DNA of 64,000 nucleotides from Marsupella aquatica (GCA_973895155.1 OZ316893.1:2192420-2256419), one strand, 5' to 3'. Counted from the stretch's first letter, positions 41,500 to 54,700 are shown. Notes: generated by a model from the sequence alone, not told the origin. Program-made: numbers and translations.

Positions 41500-42230
41500 T
41501 AATGTGTACGGTAAAGCAATAGAGTAATGGGTGGGGGGAAAGCTTGTCAGATATTATTAAAGAGGCAACTGTGGAAACGCATTAGGCTTTATTCAACGCA
41601 TAAAGTAAGGAAATAGAGTAAATGGTGGGAAAAAGCTCGCATACAGTATATAGAAAGGCAACATATTGAGCTATATTTAATGTCTGGAATAATGAAATAG
41701 AGTAAAGGGTAAGATAATAAAGCTTGCACATACAGTATACTGAAAAGGGGGCAACTCTTTACCCTATATGTAATGAGTAGAGTTAGGAAATAGAGTAAAG
41801 GGTGGGAAAACAGCTTGTTACGTACAGTCCATTAAAACAGGGCAACTCGCTCGGTTATATCAATGTCAAATTGAGGAAATAAAGTAGAGGGTGGGAAAAA
41901 GGTGTATATTTGAAAAAGGGAACTCATTCATTACGCCATACTTAACGTATAGGGTAAAGAAACAAGAGTAAAGGGTAGGAGATGCTCTTATTATTTTCAT
42001 ATTTCATAAGTGAGAGATGTTAGTATTTAAAAAAAAGGCAGCTCGTTAGGTTCTATTCAATATTCAGTGTATGGAAATGGAGTACGGTGTGGGAAAAAAA
42101 AGGTATATTAATAGGCAACTCATTCATTACGCTATATTTACTTGTACAAAGCAAAAAAACAACGTGAAGGGTTAGAGATGGTTTCATTACTTACATATTT
42201 CAATAGGTGGGAGGGATATGGAGTCCACCT
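41500..42230. repeat. Diverged tandem array, about 8 units of ~81-115 bp
   Basis: Core AAATAGAGTAAAGGGTGGGAAAAAGCTTG...GGCAACT recurs at ~41518, 41611, 41695, 41788, 41877, 41960, 42075 and 42156. Confidence 0.85.
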
Positions 42231-43212
42231 ATGAGCAAATATTCTCAACATCATTACATGCAAAAAAATGGTGGTTCTGAGACGGACCTTCCCGACAACC
42301 TCTGAAAAGGGTGGCGCTTTAATTATAGTTTGGGGGGAAAGATTGCAAAGAATTGGTGGCCTCCAATTGCCAGACGTATTGTCTGCTGGTAGTGCACAAC
42401 CGTATCATCACAAAGCAGTGCCACTTTTCAATCCTGTTCCGGTAAGGAGTGTAGGGTAACCAATGGCGTTAAAAATATAAAACTTTGAAGCTTCATCTCC
42501 TGGCGAGGCTGTCGAGGGCGTTACCTTTGGGGACAAAATAAAACACTGGTGGGGTATAGACTCAATTTACAAGTGTTTTATTTTGTTTTTACTTGTGGCA
42601 AATTGGGAAGCCTCCGCTAAGCGAAAATGATTTGCAGTTGCATTGCAAGTGTTAGATCTGTATACTGACAGATCTGGACTATTGATTTTGGCCAATAAAT
42701 TACTAAAACCATATTTGCATCATGTGTAAGCCCCTTCACCTAGTAGCAATTGTGCAGAAATTTTCCCATGGAAGAAAACATTGCTCCCCATTGCTGTCCC
42801 CTTGATGATGATGCCCAAGACCATCTCCTATGTTTCCTCTACTCTATGAATTAAATATCAGGCTCTGATACCTGTTTCAGTCTACTGGTTCAGTAGATAT
42901 ATCAATGATTGCAGGATTTTTATGTACACTCTATTCATTGTGTACATGCATATGGCCTTGTCCATCGAGATACCCTTCTTGCATAGAGAACTAGCCTTCC
43001 CTCACCATATGATGCTCACTTTTCACAAACCCCATTCACTGGTCAAAGGGTATATGAGCTCCCATATCCCATTCTGACAAGAAAATACAGCGCAAGCGAG
43101 ATTTGCACGAGTGTTCCCATAATCGTGGTGGACCTGCATTTCTTACTCACCTTCACTGGGTTTGGTCAAAATTGTGTTAGCATGATCCAACCCAGTATCT
43201 ATAGTGGTTCCG

Positions 43213-43364
43213 GTAATGGCACATAAAAAACAGACACCTAGATATGGATTTAGAATAACACTCAATGATTTAAACAGAATAATAAAGTGGGTAATGGCAC
43301 ATCGAAAACCAACACCTAGATATGGATTTAGAATAACACTCAATGATTTAAACAGAAGAATAAA
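43213..43364. repeat. 78-bp tandem duplication
   Basis: GTAATGGCACAT...CACCTAGATATGGATTTAGAATAACACTCAATGATTTAAACAGAA starts at 43213 and again at 43291. Confidence 0.9.
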
Positions 43365-43874
43365 TTAGGTTTATCATGGTATGGAGTGACATAGTACGTC
43401 ATATTTCGTCACATGCTTGCCACAGGAGAGGTCAAAGTTGCTCTATTGTTGCATTTTCATATGCAATCAACTAGAGGCAGACAATAGGAGAGGTCAAAAT
43501 TGCGCTGGCATGGCCCAACCCAGTAATCATAGGAGATACTATGCTGTAGGCAGTGCACAATTTGTGTCATGAGTTGGTCACATTGGAAATTAATGTAGGG
43601 TGAAAGCTAGTATTTGTCAGGTGGCGAACAATTATAAGTTTATGCACACTGATGATGACACAGTTGTGTAGCAAAGCTACTGTAGAATGATTCAGATCCG
43701 GGCTAAATAAGGAAGTGATGTGCCTCCATGGTGCAAAGATAGCCTAGTGAGCGAAGGCGGCTGAATCTGCTCTCAACATACTCATCACTCCCCCTGCACA
43801 ATTCCAAATCAAGCTACCGAAGAATGACAGTAGCTTTCGATGGAAAGGAATTCGAAGAAGTAGAAGAAAAGTTC

Positions 43875-45235
43875 ATGGAAGCTAAGCTTCCTTGTGGAAC
43901 CCTATTCATCTGGGAATTCAAGGTACAACGCAATCACATCACATCATGCTGGCAGCAGTTTTGTGACATTTCCACACCAGTCAGAACCTTCAAGGTCATG
44001 AATGGGGTCCTGCATAAGATTGCTACATCAGCCCCCCCATCAGACACAACCTTACATCGTGTGGTGACCAGATCCCACAGGACCACTGGCCCCCATCACT
44101 TGCGCATTGGGCGACCAACCAATCTATTGGCTATGCTACTCCAATATGAATGGAAGGACGGAACTCCATTCCTGGAGACTAACACTGCTCATCTCAGGGA
44201 GGTCCAGGGCCCACTCAGGACAACAACTCACAAGGCGGTAAGGAAGTGGGCAATTCAACTGAATTGGACCCCCAACCTGAAGATGTTGTGGGCTAATACT
44301 TGGATTCCATACAGGGCTGCGAATGAGAATTGTTTCTTATGGCAATTAATCTACAGGATACCAGCTACACATCACTGGCGCCTACCGACTCTTCCACCGA
44401 CGGATCCCGACACATGGTGCACTAGATGTACTCTTAATCAGCACGAAGACCTGGTTCATTGCATATGGAGTTGCCCAGTCTCAGAATCAGTCTGGTCATG
44501 GGTCCAGTACGTTCTACAGAAGGCGGCAACCACCAGCAACAGCAGCATTCAACTCCAACCGGCTCACATTTTTGTTGGGGCTCCTCTGCCTGATTTCTGG
44601 GATGTACCAGAGAAATTATGGCATACCCTACGGGCCATTACTTGCTGGTACATTTGGAAGGATCGCAACTCACATTGCATCGAACTTACTAGATCGAAGG
44701 CAAGGACAGTAATTCAGATGTCTTGGCACCGCCTCAGTGTGTACCTCCGTCGAGATTGGTCTAATCACAAGTCCAGAATTCAGTCTGGCAAGTCCTCTTT
44801 TGCAGATGCGTTCAATGACATGTCTGTCAACGATGGGACCTGGGCTGGGCTGTGGGATATCCACGAGGAGATACTCCAAGTGCCACCAGTTCCCCCACGC
44901 CCGCCATGAATCACCTGTGTGTTCAGGTTGGGGAGCTTTGCTGCAGGTTAGGCCGATAGTTTTTTTGCGACTCTATCACGGATCCACTGATGGGTACCTT
45001 GCCGGTTCCCTGTTCACTGGCCGGTCTTTGGGGGTTTTGCCGCTCCTTCTGCAGTTGTTAAATTTCTTGTTTAGCTCCCATTCTGGGATTGCTTCTTCCC
45101 TGGTGCCGGCCCCCCCGGCTTGTGTGGCTTAATGACCTCCGGGTCCATCTGGGTGCCGACCCCCTTTGTGGGCCACCCCCATTGTATGTTGGCTTTTTGA
45201 ATGAAATTCAATTGGTTTTTTTCGAGGCAAAAAAA
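43875..45235 (+). mobile_element. Young 5'-truncated LINE with an intact ORF2 C-terminal frame (zf-RVT)
   Basis: Perfect 13-bp TSD AGAAGAAAAGTTC at 43862-43874 and 45236-45248, with an A-tail. The frame is uninterrupted to 44909 and contains FLWQLIYR...WCTRCTLNQHEDLVHCIWSCP...WYIWKDRN. Confidence 0.9.
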
Positions 45236-47987
45236 AGAAGAAAAGTTCCAATTCCACATTTTGGCAAGAGTAACAATGCTGCACAGGGTCCTCGACATGG
45301 AACTCATAATTGAGGAAAACATAAAGTTGTCAACAGTGATTGGGCCCCTTCCCCTGTCTGGATGAAGTGGAGGTGGTGGGCGTAAAGTGCTCTGATCAGA
45401 ATGGGAGCACAATCAATACTGGGATAGAAAATGTGTCACTCGGTGACAAAATGATTGGAAGGAAGGTTAGCTACCATTCGACTCGTACAATCATTATCCT
45501 GTCAGACCGATCCGATTCTGTCCCAAGAGGTAATGGCGTGCCGGAGCCTATGTGAATGTTAAGAGGACTGGTACTGTGAGTCTGTGACTACTACTGTCTG
45601 TCTTCGATGTCCTCACCGATGATAATTTGTTACGGCAGCACCAAAACAGTAGAAACATTATCGTCCAGTACTGCACTGGGGTGGTATCTCTACCTCGATC
45701 CTGCCTTACCTCCGCAGCCGCAGAAGCTATAGCCCAGTCAGGCCAGACTTTCTTCTATTCAAGCGAATCCTTGAGGACTCTTTTTGACGTGGGATCCATC
45801 AATCAAAAGCTTAATTTCCTGAATCTATACTTCCTGTCCCTACGAAGTCCCCCCTCTAGATGCTACGGAGTGAAGATACCCCTAGCTCGCTGAAAAAAAT
45901 CATGGCGAGCAAGCAGAACGCAGGGATTCTTACTGGAAGAAGCAACTCGAAGTTCCTTCTAGGGACTTTCGTTTCCTGTTTGGATAGGCGCAGTACTGAA
46001 GGGAAGGACAGCCTAGTACATTCATTCCGGACTTTCTGTTGAGAGGCTGACCCACTGACTTGTGCTCGGACTTACCCCCTTCTGACATCCCGACTGAGTG
46101 TTCAAGCACATTGGTCGGGCCTTTCATTGTTGATCGTAGCTGGGTTCAGTGGGTTGGTTGGCCTCCTTCGCTTTTGTGTCTGTGCGTGTGTTTTGCGTGT
46201 GTTATTTGCGTGATGGTGCTGCCTGCCAGGCGAGAGAGGATAATATCACAGCAGGGGAGAGCGGCTACCATGTAGCTAGTTCCCACAAGGTTGCTGGGGT
46301 TGCACAGGGTTCCATCCTAAATCAACCTCTGGGTCACAATGCGGGGCCTGTCAAAGCTAATTCTGTAGGACAGTACCTGGAGAGGCTGGAGGACTTGTCG
46401 GGAATTTTTTTAAAGATTCTCCCCCTTTCAAAGTTTAGAAAAGGCTGCTACTGAGCAAACCAAGCAAATCAAGCTATTGAGACTGTTTCCTCCAACAACA
46501 GTGCTTCGAGTAAGACACTCTCCTCGCCTCTCCTCACCTCTCTGCTGCTGGAGCGAGCGTTGTGATCGAGAGGGACGGTAGCACAGTCTTTGAGGATATA
46601 ACTCTGAAGAGCAACAGCAGATGTGTGGGTGGGCGGTAGACTGCATTCGGTTTAGGGTGCACTGTGTGTGGGGGGCTGGGCGGTCGTCTGCAGCACCTGG
46701 ACTGTGAATTCCCAGAAGGTCACGATTCACGAATGAAGGATACACTGTATGTGTAAGGGCCCAATTGGTGCCTAGTGCCCTGAGCCAACAGCAGTACAAT
46801 ACTGTTCTAGGGAAGTTGAGTCCGTCTCGGGATTGTGCACGCAGCACTGCATGTCTGTGGACGGAAACAGATCATAGCTAGATTGGATGTCTCGCTTTGC
46901 TCTTTCTCCTTGGGAAGGAATCTTCGCTACGCTCCCATGAAAAACTTCATCGAAGGGCCGCCAGTCGTCTCGTCCACAGATCCTCAATTGACTGTTCCAA
47001 GCATCAGTGAGGAGAGCAACACTTTCTAGATTCTCGTCCTCGGGATAGATGGTTTCAAATTCTCTGATTGTCGGATTTGAACGAGAACTAGACCACAATT
47101 GAGGGTAATAAGTCATTTATCTTGTGTTAATATGTCATTGTTAGCTCCTATTGCTAGCTTGTGCTTGCCAGAGAGGTGCCAGAGAGATGCCAGCGAGAGA
47201 CTAGAGTTCACTAATAAATGACCCTGGGGTAGGATTTACGTTACAGAAGTGCCAGGGACCTGGCTGGAATGATTGACCCCAAGGTTGTATTGTGTGGTTG
47301 AGAACAAGGGTATCAACCACATGCAAATCTGTAGTGCACTATTTGAGCAGAGGACAAGTGACATCGGCATGAATAGACTACAATTAAAATCAATATCCTG
47401 ATCCTTTGTTCATTTACGTGGCCATGCAGGTCGAAGCATACATAAAGTATGCTTTGAATTCCAAGTTCCCAGGGGGTTCATCATCGAAGCCTGATGAGAG
47501 TAGAAAGGACTTACTTTCGTGACTGCCACAGCGAACTCTTCACACAAGATCTAAGAATTGCAACTGACACACAAGAAAATCTTGACAGCCGAAGACGCCG
47601 AGCTGAGAAGTAGCAGTTATCAGGGGACCTGTTAAAATAGAAGAAGTTTCAGTCTTGACCATATATTTTATTAAATTCTTGACCATTTAAATTTGTACAT
47701 TGAGTGTCCTACCCAAAAATGGGAAGGTCGTAGCTACCTAATTGTTGCTAATATGGAGTAGATTTACAAATGGTGTGAACTAGCTTTGTTAAGTATCTGT
47801 AATGTTCACAATACTTTAGATCTCTCTAGGGAAAAGTGTTGGTCGAGAGTTTTGCCTAAGAACTGGTGCGCTCTTGAAGGCTTCATAAAAAATGCCCCAC
47901 AGATAATCGATATAACTGTCCCTTAAAACAATGTTGTCCATGCTGGACGCATACATATATGTAGAACAAAGATATCCTGGTAAAACC

Positions 47988-48059
47988 TCATCCCGAGCCC
48001 TTGTTCTCTGCAATGAGCGATATCACAGTAACGACTGCAGCGACAGTGATCACCAAAGC
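47988..48059 (-). CDS. L18a-like membrane protein, terminal exon
   Basis: Acceptor GTGCAG|GCT. Encodes ALVITVAAVVTVISLIAENKGSG*, completing the last hydrophobic helix. Total CDS is 327 nt (108 aa). Confidence 0.85.
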   Translation of the reverse strand, partial: ALVITVAAVVTVISLIAENKGSG

Positions 48060-49757
48060 CTGCACTCAGGTCACAGGAATGCCACACAATGAGATCAAAA
48101 AGTGTCTTAAGCAATGTGTTAAAAAGAGTCTTGATAAAGCCTTCGTCAATCTTCCCCGCAATCTTCTAAGAATCTATGGAAGGTACTCGCATGCAACTAT
48201 CGGCTTTCTTGTCAGTGAACCCTTTGGCTGGGTGGGCTCCACCGATTCATTAAAAACAGATTTTGGCTTCAAGGGAATTTCACCAATCGAGAAAATGGAC
48301 CTTCAAGAAAACTGAACAATGCAAGAAACAGTAAGTAACATGTCTGGAAGGAGAATGCTTCAAAGTGTCGGCGACTCCCATGCGAAGGACCTCTCCCATT
48401 CTTCTTATTTCTGTGGGATCTTTACTCTTTGGGATAACCTTCTGTGAGGACTACCGGACGATGAAAAAATTCTAACAAAATTAAGCGATTCACTCGAAGG
48501 GGATGACAACAACAGGTTTGTTTTAGTCACTAAATGTGGATGAGTAAATATTCAAATCCAGTTTCAAAACTGTTGGTCAAGTTTCTAGATGCAAGGTGGA
48601 TGGTTCAGAATTTGGTGCACAAGAGATTCCTATAAGTAGAGATTGTCCAGGGGCAACATTTTTTAAGGAAAGGTGGTTGGCTTCATCACCAGGGAATGAC
48701 TGGCAATTCGTGTCTCTATGGGACACTAAACAAACGTCTGCATAAAATTTGTCAGAATTGAGAATTCTGGTCCATGTTAGACTTCATTCGTAGAGTTGAT
48801 GTCGGAAATATACGGAAATCCTTAACCGACCAAAATGTAGATATAGTTTTCTACACATGTTACCCTTTGAGTGACCATCGTATGAAAGTGGATTTAGTGT
48901 CTTATGCCATAGAAGGTTTGCACTAAGTCCAAAGAAGAGGTACTGTACACGTTCGTGAATGACTAGGCTTTGGGAAATACAGCAAAAGACGGTGAACCAG
49001 GTCATGCACACCACTGACAATTCCCAGGTGACCCAGGCAAGACACAAGAACAGAAACCTTGTCACCACAACCCAGGAAAATGCTATGAGGTACTTGAGAA
49101 GAAAAGAATTGTCTTCAGGACTATCAACCCACGCACCTCAATTCAGCTCGGGAGAGAACCCATCACGCCATACGTGAGAGCTATAAATTATTATGTACCC
49201 CACTTACTGAATCAGTGCCCCAAGCCGAAGAGATGGGCCAATGTCCTAGTTGTTGAAATGAATGGCACTCAGCTTTCCAAACAGGAGAGGATTAATCAAA
49301 ACAATTGGCAACCAAGAGTAAACAATGCAGTAATCAGCCCAGAAGTCAAAATGATCACTAAAGGAAAAGTACTGAAAGAGGGTAACTTGGTTGTAGGCCC
49401 TACAGTGAAACCTGAACGATAGATTGACAATCAGATCGACTACACATACTTGAATAACGTCATAAACTGATAACCTCAACGAGTCGTTACCACAGCACGA
49501 GTAGACCCAATTGCTCATGAGAAACAACGACTCGAGTTGAATACTCCAGAATACAAGAGTTTACGAGATAGAACTTGAGGAAGTGACAGCTTACTGTTGT
49601 GTTAACGTTAGCAATCGTGGCGGGTAAGGTAGCAATATCAAACTAACACTCACACTCTTCACTCGTTGTCCATCATGCACATTTGGAGCCTTCAAACAGT
49701 ATTACTGACAAACATTAGTGAACGGGGCTTGGTCCTAGAGAAAAGGTTACAACTTAC

Positions 49758-49875
49758 AGCAATTGCACAAGCTGCCAGGCCAGGTCGTTCACGAGGGTCA
49801 CGTCGATAGTTGTTGGTGAAAAATAGGTAGGTGCCATAGTACCAAGTGAGAGGGATCAGAAACCCGGCAAGGAAT
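49758..49875 (-). CDS. L18a-like membrane protein, second coding exon
   Basis: Acceptor TTGTTCGCAG|A is phase-compatible. Encodes FLAGFLIPLTWYYGTYLFFTNNYRRDPRERPGLAACAIA (family motif DPRERxGL). Donor GCT|GTAAGT. Confidence 0.9.
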
Positions 49876-50538
49876 CTGCGAACAACGATACGAACAAAAC
49901 AATTTTTGAATTTCAGCTTGCATTCTAGCATCTTTGGTGGGCACAGACTCTGCACTCGCTAAACAACTCAAATCTGCACGGAGCTTCAAGCATGAAAGGG
50001 GCTGGCACTCACAAATCTTAGCCAATGGGCCAAACAATTCAAGTGCTTTATTTGAATAAATTAATCCGCGAGTATGCGCAAACTTGCTGTTCACATCGTT
50101 ATCTAAGCTAAAAATTCGACGAAAACGTTAAATTAGAAACAGTCACTTAGTACTTGAGAATTTGTAATTCAAAAATCTCTGTTTTCGCTACCAGGCTTTC
50201 TATCTAGGAAATCGTTTCCGGATCATTTTGTCTCAGTAAACATCGTACTGGTGCGATATATTTCAGAATACTCAATGCTGCCTACTTTTCCTGCACAGAT
50301 TCATGTACTATCTGTGGGAACTTCATGGCCAGCAAACAGCAAACGGAGGAATTGACCTGCAATAATCTCATTTTCATCGTCATTCCACTGCTCCGATCTC
50401 AAATGTTGTATAATTTCGGCCTAAAATCTAATATAAGAGCGTATCTGCTTGCGACCTAATGATTCATGACACACATAAGGACATGAGCAGATGCACATGA
50501 CAAGAAAGCTTTTGCACCAACAAAATAGAGGAACTTAC

Positions 50539-50675
50539 GAACACCATCCGATACCACAGCCAAAACAAGGGAGGGGCCGGTCAAAGATGCTCTCGTATGA
50601 ATGGACCTCGCTCCTTTCTAAAAGTGGCGAGTACACTTCGTGGCGTTTCTGGGCTTCAGAATCCATGTTGACCAT
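50539..50675 (-). CDS. '60S ribosomal protein L18a-like' (eL20z-like) small membrane protein, first coding exon
   Basis: MVNMDSEAQKRHEVYSPLLE...FDRPLPCFGCGIGWCS contains the family motif LPCFGCGIGW. Exon acceptor TTGGCAG lies at 50763-50769; donor TC|GTAAGT at 50539/50538. Alternative ATG at 50666. Confidence 0.88.
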
Positions 50676-53129
50676 CACTAAGCTCCTGAAGAAGAGTTGT
50701 TTTAATTTCCTCCGTTCATAGAGTAATTGACAGCAGTCCTGCTCAACTGGATAGAAAGCCACCTGCCAAGACGGATTTAGAACGCTAGACAGATCATTCA
50801 CAACAATGCTAGAAAGCCTGAATGAACCCAACAACTTGCAATAATATACAGACTCAAACTCTAAATTACTTCTAACAATGGGAACCGTTATTCCGAGACC
50901 GAGGGTTACATATCCACCTTTCTACCCGCGTTAAGTACGAGACCGTAGATTGTTCAGACAATTCTGCAGACAAGAACGAACGCAACAATCACAATGCGAT
51001 GACATGACATCCTTGTATTACTTTCACGTACACACGATTTGTAACAAGCAGTAATGAAACCAATAATTCAGCGAAGACGTAGAGACGGCTTTATCAATCC
51101 TAAACTTGACCGGTCCGATATCGTGTTCGATTTTCCCATTCAACCCGTCTTTACATCTTAAAGTTGCTAGTCCCATTACTTCCAAAGTTTTTCAAAACGA
51201 GGAAGATTAACGAACCGAAATAGTTGATCGACACCGGGGGACATCGGACAACAAAGTCGGACAGCAATTGTTAAAAGCTGCAGATCACAGACACTCCAGA
51301 TTTCCAGCACTTGTTCTCTCAATCTGTCCTACTTCAGTTTCCGTTGCCGGAAACAGTTTTAATATGACCTTGGACCAAACAAAGGCTCCTTAGAGAATTC
51401 GTGATCGGCACAATTCAATGAGTTGCAGTCCGATGTCTTGAATCACTGAGTTCCCAAAGGTGTGAAAAACTCTCAAGATAATTTGGACACTAGAGAACGG
51501 ATAGTCCTGTGGAAGAGCATCGTTCGAAACCCTAGGATCGGGAGCTATCCGAGATTCGACGGTGCTATTTTATAGGACATTTTATTTTATGGAGCGAGAA
51601 ACCGCGACCTCCATCCGGTCAGAAACGACCATTTGAACTTCCGAAAACGAAGCAAACGATTCGACGGCCTGCCTGAGGGAATCAGCGAGAACAGAGTGCA
51701 TGAAATATTCCTGATCGCGTACAAATTTCAAAGCATCACTCTGATGCAAACAAATGACGGGAGTTAGACCCAAATCCCCTAATTGAAGCTATGGGGATCC
51801 CTAATTCTCACCTCAACCCCAGCAATCTCACGAAGCCACGTTCCTCTGCATACAGACGTACACACTCTGCTCCTCACCAGGGAGAAGAAGAACCGAATCC
51901 AAGGGGCATAAATCCACCTGATTCCAAGGGGCATAAATCGAAGAACCACCATCAAGCAAAGCAATTTACAGGCTTCGATGTACGACTCGACGACCACTTG
52001 AAGGGAACGAATGAGAGACATAGATTGCAATTTCCACAGCCCTTTGAGGAAGCAAGACTTTGAGTTCTTTGTGGCATGAAGCCGCAAACAGGAAATTGGG
52101 ATTGGTTGCATTGATGTGTAGGGTCTATCCGACAAGAATGAAGAGCTTCGGTATTCTGAGATGACGGCATTTCAAGAAACATCCGAGTTCCCAGAAAAGA
52201 AGAGAGAAAGGTTACCTGAGTCTAAGCCTAATGGCCATCAACTACAACATGTCGTTGCCGCAGCGTTAACAGATCCAAAATGTCGTCAGAAATCTGCTTT
52301 GAACCGCAAATCTTTGAAAAAACTGGACTGCAGGGAGCAAAGTTCTGGCTCGTCATCATCTGAAGACTAGCTGGTCCATTTGAATCTTCCCTCCAATTTC
52401 TCACAGATGCCAATCTTTCCTCGAACCTTCTTCCTCTCCACACGCACTCCGATGCATGCATGCACACATTTAGAGTTGCCTTCTCACCGTCAATACTGAC
52501 CCGCCAGAGAAACGCCGCCTGTCGCTACTTTTCGTTCTCCCGTATCCAACCAGCACGCCGCACGGTGCGAATTTGGGGTATAGACCTCTGTCCCGCACAT
52601 CATCCGGTTGCCCTCATCTCCCAGAAATTTGCTGCCAGTCTGAAGCACAATTCGCACTCTGATCGGGGCCTCCCTCCGATGGGTAGCTCGGCAGACTTCA
52701 CTTCTCACCACTTAATTTGGTCGGAGGCGAGCGCAGTCGCGACTTTAGGAGGAGCAGAAGTACCGGTAACTGGCGAACACGCATTTTGCATTTCGATTAT
52801 ATAACGAACAAGGATTCTGTCATTCACGACCTCGTTCGTAATCATCAGGCCCACCACATACAAAAAGCGCTCCAACCACTGTTTGATGCGGTGTACGGAG
52901 GTATCGCGCACACATCACCACTCAACGCCCCATTAGTGATAACATCGAGGCACGGATCACAGGGAGAACGACAGAAGCACAACATCAGCAGAGGACAACA
53001 TTGCCGTCATTCCTCTTCAAACAAGAGCTCATCATCGGAACGCTCTCCGGGGGCCAAGAATCGCAACCGGAGGGTACGATACTCACGAAGACGAGGAGCT
53101 CACCCGAATTAAGTGACTTCACGAATGAT

Positions 53130-53745
53130 TACTCTCCCTACTCTGTTTCTTCCCTCTCAAATTCACATTGCCAAACAGAGGGCAGCAACAGAGCAACAGA
53201 TCACTCTCGCCACAGACTCCTTTGTTTCTATCCGTCTCCAATCCAATTCAATTTTCTTCCCCCAATCCAATTCACATTGCCGAAAAGAGGGGAGCAAGGA
53301 GAGAGTAAGCCCCGAAAAGAGGCCAGCAACAAATTACACCACTCTCGCTACAGAGCTTCTTCCCTCTCCAGTTCACCTTGCCGAAGCGAGACGAGCAACA
53401 GATTACTCTCGCCACAGATTCCTTTGTTTCTTCCGTCTCCAATTCAATTCAATTTTCTTCCATCTCCAATCTAATTCACATTGCCAAAAAGAGGGGAGCA
53501 AGGAGACACTAAGCCCCGTTTCTTCCGTCTCTAATCCAATTCAATTTTCCTCCATCCCCAATCTAATTCACATTGTAAGCCCGTTTCTTCCGTCTCTGAT
53601 ATAATTCACTTTCCCTCCATCCCCAATCTACTTCACATTGTAAGCCCCGTTTCTTCCGTCTCTAAACCCAATTCAATTTTTCTTCCACACCCAATCGAAT
53701 TCACATGGCCCAAAAGAGGGGAGCAAGGAGAGAGTAAGCCCCGTT
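53130..53745. repeat. Modular tandem array (TTTCTTCCGTCTC.AAT.CAATTCAATTTTC / AATTCACATTG / AAAAGAGGGGAGCAAGGAGA)
   Basis: The modules recur 4-6 times in varying combinations (~60-bp and ~190-bp periods). Confidence 0.85.
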
Positions 53746-53954
53746 CTGTTACGAGGTCAAGGTGACCCGTTGAGTGCATTACTGTGCTGCAGCCAGCTGC
53801 TCCTGAGCAGCAATCAGCAGGAATGCTCGACCGAAGTGTCCTCACAAGCCACTGATTGCTGCGGATGGAGTTTCTTCCCTCTCGGGATGACACTCTCTGC
53901 CCGACTGCAGCATGTGAGCTGCAGAAGCTCGGGGACTTTCTCTCGGCAAGATTT

Positions 53955-54700
53955 TAGACATTGATAGAGTTCATCATCCCCTACTAGAGGAATTCCTCGT
54001 TAGAATGCCGAAGCACTCGTTCTCCTTGCAGATGGCAAACTCAACAAAATGGGAATACCTATACCCCATTTTTGGACAGAGAACTAAGCTTATGGTTTTT
54101 TTTAGTCCTGTCCTTGACAATTAGACAAAGGTAGGGGGGTGGGGTTTTCATAGTCCCTGGGCTAAGGCAAACGCATCAAGATTTGGACATTGATAGAGTT
54201 TATTCATTCACTAGAGGAGTTCCTTGTTAGAATGCAGAAGCACTCATTCTCCTTGCAGATGGCAAACCCAAGAAAATGGGAACAAATCGAGGCACTCATT
54301 CTCCTTGTGGTTGGATCTCTCAAGGACATGATAATGGATATACCCCACTTTGGACAGAAAGCTAAGCTTGTGGTCTTTATAATTGTATAGTGGTATACTC
54401 CTAGCCAAAGGGAGTAGGAGTGGGGGTTCTCATATTCGCCTGGGCTAAGACAAAGACATTCACAAGGTTTTACGAGAATGGCAAAAGATATAGGGATGGC
54501 ACTTTCTACCGGACTAGAGTGTAATTTGCTGGAGCTCGGAGAATTTCCCTCAGTGTGGGATTGACGACACAATAAACCCCATTTTGGATAGAACACTAAG
54601 CTTATGGCTTTTATAATCCTATAGGTATACTCCTAGACAAAGGTAGTGGGAGGAGCTCTCATGATCTCCTGGGCTAAGACAAAGACATTCACAATGAAGA
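53955..54700 (+). repeat. Left arm of foldback-like host: ~230-280-bp tandem units
   Basis: ACCCCA(T/C)TTTGGA(C/T)AGA..CTAAGCTT(A/G)TGG...CCTGGGCTAAG occurs at ~54062, ~54342 and ~54576. Confidence 0.8.

Noticed and set aside
41500-42230. CRISPR-like array
   Set aside because: The units are diverged along their full length with no invariant repeat and unique spacer. The context is eukaryotic and there are no cas genes.
43824-44909. 361-aa ORF as a host zinc-finger gene
   Set aside because: It lies almost wholly inside a TSD-bounded, A-tailed LINE fragment.
48001-48315. 104-aa plus-strand ORF
   Set aside because: It is the antisense shadow of the terminal exon and intron of the L18a-like gene.
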